64,000 bases of DNA, from the IMG/VR virus record IMGVR_UViG_3300045988_173832. One strand, written 5' to 3'. The stretch is from a virus. The position numbers and the translations under genes are program-made. The notes under the pieces were generated by a model, which was given only the letters and a program-made list of their open reading frames with translations, ran no database searches and was not told the origin of the DNA. This document shows, piece by piece, positions 10,086 through 20,061 of the stretch (the first letter of the stretch is position 1; the number at the start of each line of letters is the position of its first letter).

Positions 10086-10487
10086 ATGTATTTTTCAATG
10101 TACGCTACAATCAAATTTAACAGGCCTATAAATAAAGATACTGATTATGTTTCGCCTGGCTCTTATGAAATAGTTTCTGGAGATGAGACATACAGATTTG
10201 ATTTCGAAACTTATTATGGCGATGTCGATGCTGAAGATAATACAATTCTTCATATAGAGTGCATGCATCCCGATGGCTACTGTTTTGAGGATATCGCAAG
10301 ACTCACAAGGGATACTTTAGCAGAGATTAAGCAGTTTAGTGAATTTTTCATTTATATTACTGCATCTAATCTTACACCTATAGCACTAATGGACTGCGAC
10401 TTTGTTCTTCATGACTTTAACAACGAAGTTATATCATTATCTGAAAATGTCTGCAGTAAAACTAAATTTTCTTTTTCAGGAGATTAA
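10086..10487 (+). CDS. hypothetical protein (133 aa)
   Basis: ORF track; AGGAGG RBS. Confidence 0.45.
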   Translation: MYFSMYATIKFNRPINKDTDYVSPGSYEIVSGDETYRFDFETYYGDVDAEDNTILHIECMHPDGYCFEDIARLTRDTLAEIKQFSEFFIYITASNLTPIALMDCDFVLHDFNNEVISLSENVCSKTKFSFSGD

Positions 10488-10932
10488 TGTGTATAAGATA
10501 GTTTATGTACAAAATAATGAATTGCAGGAGTCTACATATTCATTATCATTTTATGAAGCGTTAAAGTCAGCAGCAATTTATATACAATTTGCTGACATGC
10601 GTGATAACAAATCCCACAAGCTCTTTATTCTAAAAGAAAATAGTAAAACTGGGTATCTTGAAGAATTTTATAGTGAGATAGGCACAAGTATATCTAAGGA
10701 TGAGCTAGAGACGACTCTGGGTCCACTTATTTATGTTAATGCTTCTACAGAAGATAATATAAACGTGTGGCATGGAATGTACACAAATCAGAACACAGCT
10801 ATTAAAGCTCTACCTAAGATAGCATTACACTTAAAGCAGCACAAGTCATTGTTATTTGAACTAACAACCTTTAGCAGTAAGGAAAAGTTAGGCATGTTTG
10901 ATCAATATGGCAAGGAAGTGGCTTATGGTTGA
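10488..10932 (+). CDS. hypothetical protein; candidate GTG start at 10488 for ORF 10402..10932
   Basis: Avoids 85-nt overlap with upstream gene; AGGAG 6 nt upstream of GTG. Confidence 0.35.
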
Positions 10933-11326
10933 TATTTGTTCTGTAAAGACATTTAACTATGAGAAGACCTATGATTTAGTTTATATTATAGTGAGAAGTC
11001 TTACTGCACTAAGAAATAGTGGAGATCCAATTCTCTCTCGAGGAGTCCAATGCAAACTGCTAAGTCCGGGGGACATTCTCTTTAAGAAGTACTTAAGTCT
11101 GAAGAGAAATGGCAACTGGAATATTGTAACCTTTGAGAATATCTATCGTCCAGAATTTGAATCTCAAATATCAGAAAGTCAGGAAGCCCAGCTTATGCTC
11201 CAGTCATTAGCTTTAGCAGATAAACAAATTGCACTTGTTTGCTATTGTGATTCTCCATTTCTGTGTCATCGCAGAATTATTGGAGAAATGCTTGAAAATC
11301 TCGGGGCAGAGGTTGGATATTATTGA
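10898..11326 (+). CDS. DUF488-like protein (..ALVCYCDSPFLCHRRII..)
   Basis: C-terminal CxC...CHR motif recalled from the DUF488 family; exact start uncertain (TTG 10898 / ATG 10925). Confidence 0.45.
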   Translation: MINMARKWLMVDICSVKTFNYEKTYDLVYIIVRSLTALRNSGDPILSRGVQCKLLSPGDILFKKYLSLKRNGNWNIVTFENIYRPEFESQISESQEAQLMLQSLALADKQIALVCYCDSPFLCHRRIIGEMLENLGAEVGYY

Positions 11327-11341
11327 TAAAGAGGTAATTTT

Positions 11342-11599
11342 ATGTTTACAAATCGAGCAGAAACAGGCAGAAATAATATCGTAGGAGTGGCTGTGCACGA
11401 GTATCGTAAGCAGTTGCGAATCAGCCAGCGCGAACTTGCGGATAGACTGCAGATTATAGGCTTGGATATAGACAAGAATGCTGTACAACGTATTGAATCC
11501 GGGCAGCGTTTTATAACAGACATTGAGCTAATATATCTAGCACAAGTGTTCAATATTACAGTTGAAGAACTTTATGAGGGTAATCAGACACAAATTTAA
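11342..11599 (+). CDS. XRE-family helix-turn-helix transcriptional regulator
   Basis: ISQRELADRL...NAVQRIESGQR is a classic Cro/CI-type HTH. Confidence 0.7.
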   Translation: MFTNRAETGRNNIVGVAVHEYRKQLRISQRELADRLQIIGLDIDKNAVQRIESGQRFITDIELIYLAQVFNITVEELYEGNQTQI

Positions 11600-11633
11600 C
11601 GTATGAATATGCAAACATTTGTTTTGAAATGAG

Positions 11634-12068
11634 GTGATACATCTGAGTGAAATACTATATAGAACTGAGTCAGCTTATGGCTCAAAACATAGAGAAATTA
11701 TTGATGTTATGCAATATGAGATATTTGAGCTAAATAATTCAGATATTCTTGATTATCTAATTATTCACCATACTGATGCTTTTGATGTTCATCAGATTAG
11801 CAGAATTTATGGTGTCTTTGCTGGCTTAATTAACACAGATAGTGCACAGTATGACTTTTGTAGAGAATTGGTAGAAGCTCTTAACAGTTATTACAATGTG
11901 CATCTAAAATACTGTTTATGGCTTGCAAGTAAGTCAACAGTACTAGACTTATATAATGCTTCTGAACAGGATATACAGAAATATGAAACATCACCTATTA
12001 TACTGAGTGATTTGGGTATGGATGGTATGCTTTTTGCCTATGAATCTATGCCAAGACCTCTAAATTGA
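11634..12068 (+). CDS. hypothetical protein (144 aa)
   Basis: ORF track. Confidence 0.4.
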   Translation: MIHLSEILYRTESAYGSKHREIIDVMQYEIFELNNSDILDYLIIHHTDAFDVHQISRIYGVFAGLINTDSAQYDFCRELVEALNSYYNVHLKYCLWLASKSTVLDLYNASEQDIQKYETSPIILSDLGMDGMLFAYESMPRPLN

Positions 12069-12202
12069 ATGATTATAGTGTATGATATGTTCATATAAGT
12101 GTAAAGTCCTTTTACCGTATCTCCAACACAGCTGAAATATTATATAAGTATACATGTAGCTCACAGGGGATATACAGATTACCTTTAGCAGGAGGTTAGA
12201 TT

Positions 12203-12493
12203 ATGATTCATCGTGACATACGCTATCGTAGGTTCCAGAGACGAAACGCAATTCAGCACAAGGTGAAAATTGCTGCAAGCTCATTTAGCTTTTCGCCAGA
12301 GTATCTTGCAAATCCCAGGCATGTAGGGCAGTGGGCTAAAGGTAAGGTGCATTGCTCTTGTCCTTTATGTGCCTGCAAGTCAACAAAGTATTTTGGAGTT
12401 CATGATAAGTCTATGCATAATTACAGTGCAAGTGACAGACGCAAGTTCATGCGTATGCAGGAACAGATTACAGAGTATTATACAGCAGCGTAA
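12203..12493 (+). CDS. hypothetical protein (96 aa)
   Basis: ORF track; ATG preceded by CTTTAGCAGGAGG. Confidence 0.45.
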   Translation: MIHRDIRYRRFQRRNAIQHKVKIAASSFSFSPEYLANPRHVGQWAKGKVHCSCPLCACKSTKYFGVHDKSMHNYSASDRRKFMRMQEQITEYYTAA

Positions 12494-12528
12494 AGCACCA
12501 TCTTTTTCAGTTTAGGAGACTATGTGAT

Positions 12529-13317
12529 ATGCGAATAACAACATTTCGTTCAGGCAAAACAGCAGAGCAGGCAAGAGAACATCTTTTCAAGTATCTAAAG
12601 CAGGTATCTTTAGTAGCACCTAAGACAACTGTCATGCCGGATATTCTCGCTCCTGTGAAGGGGAAAGAAACAATAATATCTTTAGTAGCTGATGGTGCAG
12701 CAGAAACTGTTGTGAAAGCACGCAGAGAGAATCCAAATGCTAAAATCGCAGTATTAAACTTTTCCAGTTTTAAACATCCGGGTGGCGGGTTTATGACAGA
12801 TATGCTTGCACAGGAAGAGAGCTTGTGTTATTGCTCAAATCTGTATTGGGAATTAAATAAGCATAGAAATGATTTTTATGCGGTTAACAGTAGCATGCTT
12901 AATTCAGGATTATACGCAGACAGGGCTATGCTTTCAGAAAATATTAGTTTTGTTGCATCAGCACCTGAAAACTATTTGCCTAACAAAGAAATTTGTACAG
13001 CAGATGTTATAACATGCGCTGCTCCAAATCTTAATTATATGATGCGAAGAGGACGCCATTGGGATAAGGAAGTTCTGCAGGCAATACGGGATCGTATTCA
13101 TTATGTGAACTCTATCTTAGCAGGACGAAATTACGATATAGTGATTTATGGTGCCTATGGTTGTGGTGTCTTTAAAAATGATCCTGACTTTGTAGCTAGA
13201 TGCTTCAAATGGGACCTTCAGCAAAATTATCCCAACTCCTTTAGCAGAGTAATATTTGCTATTCCAGATAAGTCAAGCAAGAATTATCTTGCATTCAAGG
13301 GGGTGCTCTTTGAATGA
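12529..13317 (+). CDS. bacterial-type poly(ADP-ribose) glycohydrolase-like macrodomain protein (DUF2263/TIGR02452 family)
   Basis: PARG signature GGG-X6-QEE present as HPGGGFMTDMLAQEESLC. Confidence 0.65.
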   Translation: MRITTFRSGKTAEQAREHLFKYLKQVSLVAPKTTVMPDILAPVKGKETIISLVADGAAETVVKARRENPNAKIAVLNFSSFKHPGGGFMTDMLAQEESLCYCSNLYWELNKHRNDFYAVNSSMLNSGLYADRAMLSENISFVASAPENYLPNKEICTADVITCAAPNLNYMMRRGRHWDKEVLQAIRDRIHYVNSILAGRNYDIVIYGAYGCGVFKNDPDFVARCFKWDLQQNYPNSFSRVIFAIPDKSSKNYLAFKGVLFE

Positions 13318-13592
13318 AAGTAAAAGATATGTTTATTGAATTTATAAATAAGACTGAGAGTATCATATCCACAATGGATGAAGACATGAGGATTCAGTGG
13401 CTATCTACAAAAGTATCATGCTCAGTGGGAATTATATTGCTGTGTGTGGGTACGATACTCAGTTTAGCTGTTGGAGTTACAGCCTGTGCAGCTACGATTC
13501 TTTTCTTCAGTATAATGTATTTCTCTATGTCAATTATTATTGGTACTGTGACCATTTTATGTATGCCAAAAGAGTCTACTGATAGACTTTGA
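13314..13592 (+). CDS. small membrane protein (92 aa)
   Basis: Two hydrophobic helices. Confidence 0.4.
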   Translation: MKVKDMFIEFINKTESIISTMDEDMRIQWLSTKVSCSVGIILLCVGTILSLAVGVTACAATILFFSIMYFSMSIIIGTVTILCMPKESTDRL

Positions 13593-14154
13593 CCAAATTT
13601 TAATCAAAAGGTGAAATTCCAGCCTGACTGCACAGATTTTGGTAGTTGTTTTAGTGGATGTTCTATGTATAATCAGTCTACTATTATACCAAATGGCACT
13701 ATTAATTGTTCAGAAATGTTCTATGATTGTAGTAGTTATGATCAAGAAACTATTGTACCTACTAGTGTTAAGAGGACGGATTCTATGTTTAGTTCATGTG
13801 AGAATTTTCGTCACAGAGTTCATATCAGTGCAAATCAGCTTTCAGAGGACACATTTGATGATTGCAAATATATGAATTCTGATAGTACTACATGTGTATA
13901 TTTGTAATTAATTACATTTAACAAGGAAAGGAATGATCAATATGCCCAGCAATCAGAAGATGGCACTGATAAGCGCTATCGGCGCTGTTTCTGCAATCGT
14001 AGTAGGCGCAATGTGCTATACCGTACCTAAGCTGGTCAGCTCTATTCTCAAGAGCTAATTAACAAACATACCCTGCAGAAAGGGGTGATGATCATGGACA
14101 GAGAAGGTGGTCTGTAATTACCTTGTCCTCTGATTATATTAGAGGACGCATCAT

Positions 14155-14536
14155 GGGGGCGTAAAGGTCTCGACGGGGATCTGAACCTCTGATAAGCGTG
14201 TACGGATTGAGCAGATCCGTTCAAAAAGCTCATCGTTGAATAACATTCAACAACTCTGAAGCTGTAGCAGCTTGATGTTACTAGGCGTTCACTAGAGCGC
14301 TGAAAAAGGTATGGAAAGATGAACTGGTGACCTCTGCGTTCCATTGCTTCAAAAGAATTGCCACTAGCTCACAATATCGCTTGTTGTATTGTGATAAAGC
14401 TGCCATGACAAGTAAGTGACCTGTATGGAGGCAGAATCCACCAAGCAGGAACTGACAACAGTGAAACTATCTACACACGTAGAAAATCAGAGTGGAAGAT
14501 TTCTGGACACGGGTTCGATTCCCGTCGCCTCCACCA
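14155..14536 (+). ncRNA. ssrA: tmRNA (ssrA-like) copy 1; tag reading frame GCT CAT CGT TGA... interrupted by in-frame TGA after 3 codons
   Basis: 5' GGGGGCG...TTCGACGGGG and 3' GGACACGGGTTCGATTCCCGTCGCCTCCACCA; acceptor pairing gives G3:U (Ala identity); T-loop TTCGATT. Confidence 0.8.
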
Positions 14537-14583
14537 ATATATGTAGACAGTCTATTAGCAGTCACACTTGGAGGTGAGTATCT

Positions 14584-15063
14584 TTGTTACTTGGAGTTCA
14601 TTTCAAAAACAGCAATATTGGTTTACATGAGCTTACAGAGAACACAATTCTCTTATGCGATACTACTGTAGTTAAAGACAGAATAACTAACGATTTAGCA
14701 ACTACATTTGTTGATAAGACAGCAGAGCATGTAAACCTTAATGAAGGCTACGAATGGATTGATAATAACGATGTGAGTTTTAAAAAGATTATGAATTTCC
14801 TGCCCACATCAAAATATCAGTTCAATGCACGCAATATTCATATAAACCTTACAGTTTCGATTGAGCCTGCTATTGTGTATAGTGTAAAGAGTCTATATGA
14901 CATTTGGTTTGTAAGACTGAGCAGTGATGACAAGCTTTTATTCTATCCTTTAACAGAATTTGAAAACTATGAGAAGTATAATGACTTAGATGCACTCTAT
15001 AAAGCAGTAATAGTCGGAAGATTCTCTATAAAGGGAGATGCAAAGACTATTCCTTCTGAATAG
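14584..15063 (+). CDS. hypothetical protein (159 aa, TTG start in track)
   Basis: ORF track; backbone-like codon usage. Confidence 0.4.
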   Translation: MLLGVHFKNSNIGLHELTENTILLCDTTVVKDRITNDLATTFVDKTAEHVNLNEGYEWIDNNDVSFKKIMNFLPTSKYQFNARNIHINLTVSIEPAIVYSVKSLYDIWFVRLSSDDKLLFYPLTEFENYEKYNDLDALYKAVIVGRFSIKGDAKTIPSE

Positions 15064-15192
15064 AGTGGGTGGATACGTTGTTAGAGTTTAGCTATTATGA
15101 CAGAATAATTCGTTAAACTGTTGCATACAACTGCTTGCTAAGCTCTGATACTCACATAGACGATATCCTTATCGACCTAAATTCCTAGATGA

Positions 15193-15813
15193 TTGAAACA
15201 AGGGGGTACTACGATGATTAACGATGACAAGCTGAAATCCAAGAAGCACAGACTGGTACAAACGAGACTAGATGTATTTATTCTCGTGATATGCTTAGCA
15301 TTAGGTGCAATAAGCATATTCTGCTTACCCCTACTGATAGGCATTATTACCCTAGCTGCTGTCACAGTGGGCTATATCATCTATTCGATAATATACTTCC
15401 ACGCCTGTGACCCAGATATCCCAGCTGAACTCTTTGCTGACTGTCTATACTTTAGAATGATGACAGTGGCCGTCATAGGGGTACTGTGCATCACCTATAT
15501 TGTAGTTTTCAGTGCCGAATATGACACTATCACCAAGGCAACAACTCCCGTAGAGGCTACAGTGATATCTGTTCAGGACCCAGACGCAAGAACACAGCTT
15601 ACACTGGAATATCTTGATAGCCAGGGTACTGTTCAAATGGCTAGTTTGCGTGTCCGAGGTCGTGATGCAGATTACTCAATCGGTGATACAGTGCAGATTA
15701 AATACTCCCAGACAAATCCTAAGCTTATCTGCTCGGGTGATATCACCCCAGACAGTCCACTATTTACGCTATACACATCAAAGGTCAATCCATATATTGT
15801 GAATAGGAGCTGA
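15193..15813 (+). CDS. membrane protein (2 TM helices + beta-rich C-terminal domain; DUF3592-like guess), atypical codon usage
   Basis: TM segments; C-ending codons enriched. Confidence 0.45.
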   Translation: MKQGGTTMINDDKLKSKKHRLVQTRLDVFILVICLALGAISIFCLPLLIGIITLAAVTVGYIIYSIIYFHACDPDIPAELFADCLYFRMMTVAVIGVLCITYIVVFSAEYDTITKATTPVEATVISVQDPDARTQLTLEYLDSQGTVQMASLRVRGRDADYSIGDTVQIKYSQTNPKLICSGDITPDSPLFTLYTSKVNPYIVNRS

Positions 15814-16109
15814 TATTTCATGTACAGAACCAGTGTTTATAGAAGACAGGCTAGAGCCAAGGCAATAAGACGTAAAAAGTTTTATGCCCATGCTACAGGG
15901 TGGATATACACCCAGACGGGGCATTATCAAAGGGCAAGATACACTGTTCCTGCCCTATGTGTGCAGCTAAGTCATCTAGAGATGGCGGTGTTACGAGCAA
16001 TTCTTATGTAATCAAGTCCAAGCAGGGCAAGCTTGCTATCATATTTGCTAGGGAGCAGTTAGCGGACATTGCCTAATCCAACACCTGGGTACCACAAGTA
16101 CCCAGTCAT

Positions 16110-16497
16110 GGGGGCATAAAGGTTTCGACAGGGACTTGAAGCTCAGATAAGCACGTATAGGCTGGTGGGTGAACCTGTATAAAAGCCAACTATTATCGAA
16201 TAACATTCGATGCTACTGAAGCTGTAGCTGCTTAATCGCTACTAGGCAGTCACTAGACTGCTGAAAAGTGTGCAGTGATTTGAACTGGCGACCTCTGTGC
16301 TGTGCATCTAAAAGAAATGCCGCTAGGTTCAGTACCTCGCTTGTTGGGTGCTGTATAACCTTTAATGACAAGTAAGCTACTCATATGGAGGGTGATGACC
16401 ACCAAGTGAGAGCCGACAATAGTAAAAACACCTAAGCGTGTAGAAAGTCAGTGTAGACAGTTTCTGGACACGGGTTCAATTCCCGTCGCCTCCACCA
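16110..16497 (+). ncRNA. ssrA: tmRNA (ssrA-like) copy 2; predicted tag ANYYRITFDATEAVAA (GCC resume at 16185, TAA at 16233)
   Basis: 5' GGGGGCATAAAGGTTTCGACAGGG, 3' GGACACGGGTTCAATTCCCGTCGCCTCCACCA; intact tag ORF ending ..AVAA-stop. Confidence 0.8.
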
Positions 16498-16530
16498 AAA
16501 TTAAGTTTTATGTAAAAGGGGTAGCCTGTT

Positions 16531-17280
16531 ATGCCAATATTTCTTTTTGTGATTTACTATATTTTAGTAGTGATAAGTTCTATTGCTTCAATCTACTGCG
16601 CTATCGTAGTACTTGTAACAAACACAGTACCTTTAAGCTATACCCATAATTGGCTGTTATGGATTATACGAGCTGCAGCAGTAATACTATCTCTTATTTT
16701 GCCAGGTATAACAGTGACTGCTATCTGCTTATTCATTTTAGTTCTTGATATTATAACACGTAATATCTGTAACAGGCATAAAATACCGGACTCTGCAATT
16801 GATGTTGAGCGACTTATAATTAGCGAAGCTCGACTAACAGGAATAGATACGAATGAAAAAAGTATCACAAAGCTACGTGAGGCATGGGATTTGGTTTTAA
16901 GAACGCTTAACTATAAGCTCGATGCTGCCTATGTATCAGCTATTTGTTTTTGTTTGGATTGTATTGATACAGATAAGGAAATTGACATTGAAATTCCAGA
17001 ACCCTTAGAGAAAGCACTTAAGGAAATCAAAGATCCTATTAGGATATGCACATATCTATTAAAGCAGCCATTGTTTGAACAAGGAGCAGTTACAGTTGCT
17101 TTAATTGTTGCAAATAAAGAATTGATACATACAAAAAGAGGTATTCTCTTGATACCAGATGAAAAATTCACAGAATTCAAGCAGGAACTTGATACATACA
17201 GAGAACCAGAAGATGATAGTAAGTTGTATGCTTTCTTATCCTCCTGTATTGAACCATTTCCTAAAACTGACGCAGCTTAG
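16531..17280 (+). CDS. membrane protein (N-terminal TM helices) with cytoplasmic domain
   Basis: ORF track; hydrophobic N-terminus. Confidence 0.45.
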   Translation: MPIFLFVIYYILVVISSIASIYCAIVVLVTNTVPLSYTHNWLLWIIRAAAVILSLILPGITVTAICLFILVLDIITRNICNRHKIPDSAIDVERLIISEARLTGIDTNEKSITKLREAWDLVLRTLNYKLDAAYVSAICFCLDCIDTDKEIDIEIPEPLEKALKEIKDPIRICTYLLKQPLFEQGAVTVALIVANKELIHTKRGILLIPDEKFTEFKQELDTYREPEDDSKLYAFLSSCIEPFPKTDAA

Positions 17281-17396
17281 TGATAAGGACACTGCTTAGA
17301 GATTGGGTGCATAACATATTTTAATAACCTTAGCAATCTATGTAATACTTTCTTACCAAAGTATCCTATAGGTATAGTAAGAAAGGAATGATTAGT

Positions 17397-18911
17397 ATGA
17401 AATGCAGATTACCGAGACAGCAGGAAACAGATTTCATCAAGATAATTGAAGATATCTTTAGCCGCACTGTAAACTCACGCACAGCACATTACCAGGCAAG
17501 TATAACAGAAGAAGAACTCCCAGAGATTCTAAGACAGATTTATGCAATGAGTATCTTAGCAGTTCCTCATATCGAGAACTTATCACTCGAGCGTCTGAGT
17601 AATTACGCAAAATGTTTATACAACTCATTTAGCTATCCACTAAAGCAAAAGGATAAGCTGACAGAGGAGGCACTCAACAGTATTTTGCCTTCGGATCAAC
17701 TGAGTGCATGGTGGTATGCCTTAACAAAGGAAAAATCAGAGAGTGCAGAATTTATAAGCTACTGTTGCATGTATTTTTGTTGTATTACGCTGTACGCAAG
17801 TGCAGAATCTTTAGTAGTTGCAGAAAGCATACATACAGCACTTATTTGCTACTTAGAATCTCTAAAATTGGACTCAGCCTTTGTGACAGGCGGAGCTGTC
17901 ACTGTTGCATCAAAATGTGGTTGTCAGACAACCAAAAAAGACACTTTGCTTGCTGATCTGCTTTCTCACAAGCCGATTAATCAAGAGATTTTTGGTGACA
18001 TGTCAACAGCGGGTCAGAAACGCAAGTGGTGTCATCATCTCACAGGTAGGGATTCATCACCTAAACAGCTACCTTTAGCAGAGTTGAATTCCTGGTACAT
18101 TACATATCTAGCGAGTTTTGCAGTTCTTTATCCTACGTTGGTTTCTGCACAATGCGATGCAAAAATGCATCTAAATAATGTGATCAATAACAAAGGATTT
18201 GCATATAAGGATTATCAGATCTCAAATATGCAGCATGTTTGTGAAACATACAAAGAGTCTGCTGATAGAAAAACTGAAGAACTTACTAGAATGCATGAAA
18301 AATACGCAGAAATTTCTAAAGCTTATTCAGAGCAGACAAAACAGCTAAAATCATTGACAAAGAAGCTTGAATCAAAGCCATTAACAGTAGTTGCAAAGCC
18401 AGAAGTTGCACATGTTGCTGTTGAGAAAAGCAAAGATTGTACTGCAATCATAGATAAACAACGCTCAGAGATTGCAGAATTATCTAGAAGATTAGATGAG
18501 GCGCTAAAGCAGCAGCAAGAATCTGATGATATGATAAAAATGTTGTTATTCAATACCAATGAACATCAAATCGAGACGCAGGTGCTTTCAAGTGAAGATA
18601 AGCAGCTACTGAAATGCATAAGAGCACACTTTGTAATGCCTGATTTTAAAGCATTCAGACAACTAAAAGTTCTTATGCCTGGCTCAACATTTGAGTTTGT
18701 ACCTAAAGAGTCTATTGGAAAGCTTGTTGTTCCGAAGTCTAAAGAGTTATATCTTTTCTGTACAAGTCATGCCGGTCACTCTGTGTATGAATCATGGTTC
18801 AAACAAGTAGCATTCTTAGCAGTACCACATATTGTCTTTAACAGTTCAAATATTAATGTTATTTGTCATTTGGTATTAGACAATTACAAAAAGAAAGTTC
18901 TTCATATCTAG
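17397..18911 (+). CDS. large hypothetical protein with central coiled coil (about 505 aa)
   Basis: ORF track; AAGGA 9 nt before ATG 17397. Confidence 0.5.
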   Translation: MKCRLPRQQETDFIKIIEDIFSRTVNSRTAHYQASITEEELPEILRQIYAMSILAVPHIENLSLERLSNYAKCLYNSFSYPLKQKDKLTEEALNSILPSDQLSAWWYALTKEKSESAEFISYCCMYFCCITLYASAESLVVAESIHTALICYLESLKLDSAFVTGGAVTVASKCGCQTTKKDTLLADLLSHKPINQEIFGDMSTAGQKRKWCHHLTGRDSSPKQLPLAELNSWYITYLASFAVLYPTLVSAQCDAKMHLNNVINNKGFAYKDYQISNMQHVCETYKESADRKTEELTRMHEKYAEISKAYSEQTKQLKSLTKKLESKPLTVVAKPEVAHVAVEKSKDCTAIIDKQRSEIAELSRRLDEALKQQQESDDMIKMLLFNTNEHQIETQVLSSEDKQLLKCIRAHFVMPDFKAFRQLKVLMPGSTFEFVPKESIGKLVVPKSKELYLFCTSHAGHSVYESWFKQVAFLAVPHIVFNSSNINVICHLVLDNYKKKVLHI

Positions 18912-18923
18912 CAATATACTATT

Positions 18924-18958
18924 AGCCAGGTCGCAAATGCGACCTGGCTTATTTCGTT
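18924..18958 (+). terminator. rho-independent terminator (agccaggtcgc-aaat-gcgacctggct + tatttcgtt)
   Basis: Perfect 11-bp stem and U-rich tail right after stop of ORF 17397..18911. Confidence 0.7.
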
Positions 18959-18970
18959 ATAGAAAGGCAA

Positions 18971-19765
18971 GTGGTTATGTCATATAGCTATGATGAAAAA
19001 CTAAAGATGTTTAATGAGAATCTAGGGCTTGTTTACACTGTTGTATACAAACACTGGGGGTTAAAATATGTGCCTGAGGATGATCTGCTCCAAGAAGGTT
19101 TTATGAATTTATGGCTGATTATTGATTTATACAACCCTGATAGCGGTACAAAATTTGCAACATATGCTTACGTAGCATTAACAGATAGACTGACTAAATT
19201 TACTTTAAAGTATCAGTATGGTAGCTCTATGCGCAGTTCTTCTTTTCAAGAAGCTATGTCTGCATTGCGTTATGCTAAGTTAAATAACATATCTGTTGAT
19301 TTAGCATGTGATGCATTAGGATTTAAAGGTGCTAAACGAGAATATGCATTGCTCATGGCAAAAGGCAGTCTTCTAGTGGAAAGTCTATCATCACCTGTAG
19401 TATCTTCAGACCAGGATTGTGAAACAACACTAGAGGATATTGTTCCTGATGCATACTCTTTAGCAGATGAGGTATGTGAAAAAGTATCGTCAGAAAATTT
19501 AAAGAAGATACTCTATACTGATTTCGTGCAATACTGTATCAAAAAACATACAGGGAAGCCGCCTGACTATTTTGAAGATTTAGTAAAAATGTATCTTGAT
19601 ACGATTTTTAATGATGAGCATATCTCTCAGAATGCTATAAGTAAGAAAATTGGTGTATCTAATACAGTTGTTAGTAAACACTTTAAATGTTTCAAGCAAA
19701 ATCTCAAGCAATTCATTATACAAAAACATTTGATCTCGAGGAGCGTTTCACAATGTTCACACTAA
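18971..19765 (+). CDS. sigma-70 family sigma factor (regions 2 and 4)
   Basis: DLLQEGFMNLWLIIDLYNPDSGTKFATYAY matches region 2.1-2.3; C-terminal ISKKIGVSNTVVSKH HTH (region 4). Confidence 0.7.
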   Translation: MVMSYSYDEKLKMFNENLGLVYTVVYKHWGLKYVPEDDLLQEGFMNLWLIIDLYNPDSGTKFATYAYVALTDRLTKFTLKYQYGSSMRSSSFQEAMSALRYAKLNNISVDLACDALGFKGAKREYALLMAKGSLLVESLSSPVVSSDQDCETTLEDIVPDAYSLADEVCEKVSSENLKKILYTDFVQYCIKKHTGKPPDYFEDLVKMYLDTIFNDEHISQNAISKKIGVSNTVVSKHFKCFKQNLKQFIIQKHLISRSVSQCSH

Positions 19766-19789
19766 TCAATAAAATTATACTAAGTATAC

Positions 19790-19818
19790 TTGACAAAGTG
19801 ACAGAAATATTCTATTAA
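19790..19818 (+). promoter_or_regulatory. sigma-70-type promoter TTGACA-17-TATTAA
   Basis: Read from sequence, 13 bp upstream of RBS of ORF 19831. Confidence 0.45.
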
Positions 19819-19830
19819 CGGAGGACTATT

Positions 19831-20061
19831 ATGAACAAAATAGCAATGGCTATCACAACTGGTGCAGTCATAACTGCAGTCATAACTCTAGCAGCGCTTG
19901 CATACAAGAACCCTGATGCAGTTAATACAGTAAAGACAAAGGGAAAGAAAATATTGACCAGATTTAAATATAAAGCTGATGATACAGTTGCTAATGTCGA
20001 AGTAACTGCTGAACAGCTTGCAGATCTTTTGAAAGGACTAAGATCTGATGAAAAGGACTAA
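19831..20061 (+). CDS. small membrane protein (76 aa)
   Basis: GGAGG RBS; one TM helix. Confidence 0.4.
   Translation: MNKIAMAITTGAVITAVITLAALAYKNPDAVNTVKTKGKKILTRFKYKADDTVANVEVTAEQLADLLKGLRSDEKD

Noticed and set aside
14155-16497. Second tmRNA as an attL/attR duplication from island integration into ssrA
   Set aside because: Both copies are full length (5' GGGG to CCA) and differ at many positions, so this is not a short identical 3' duplicate.
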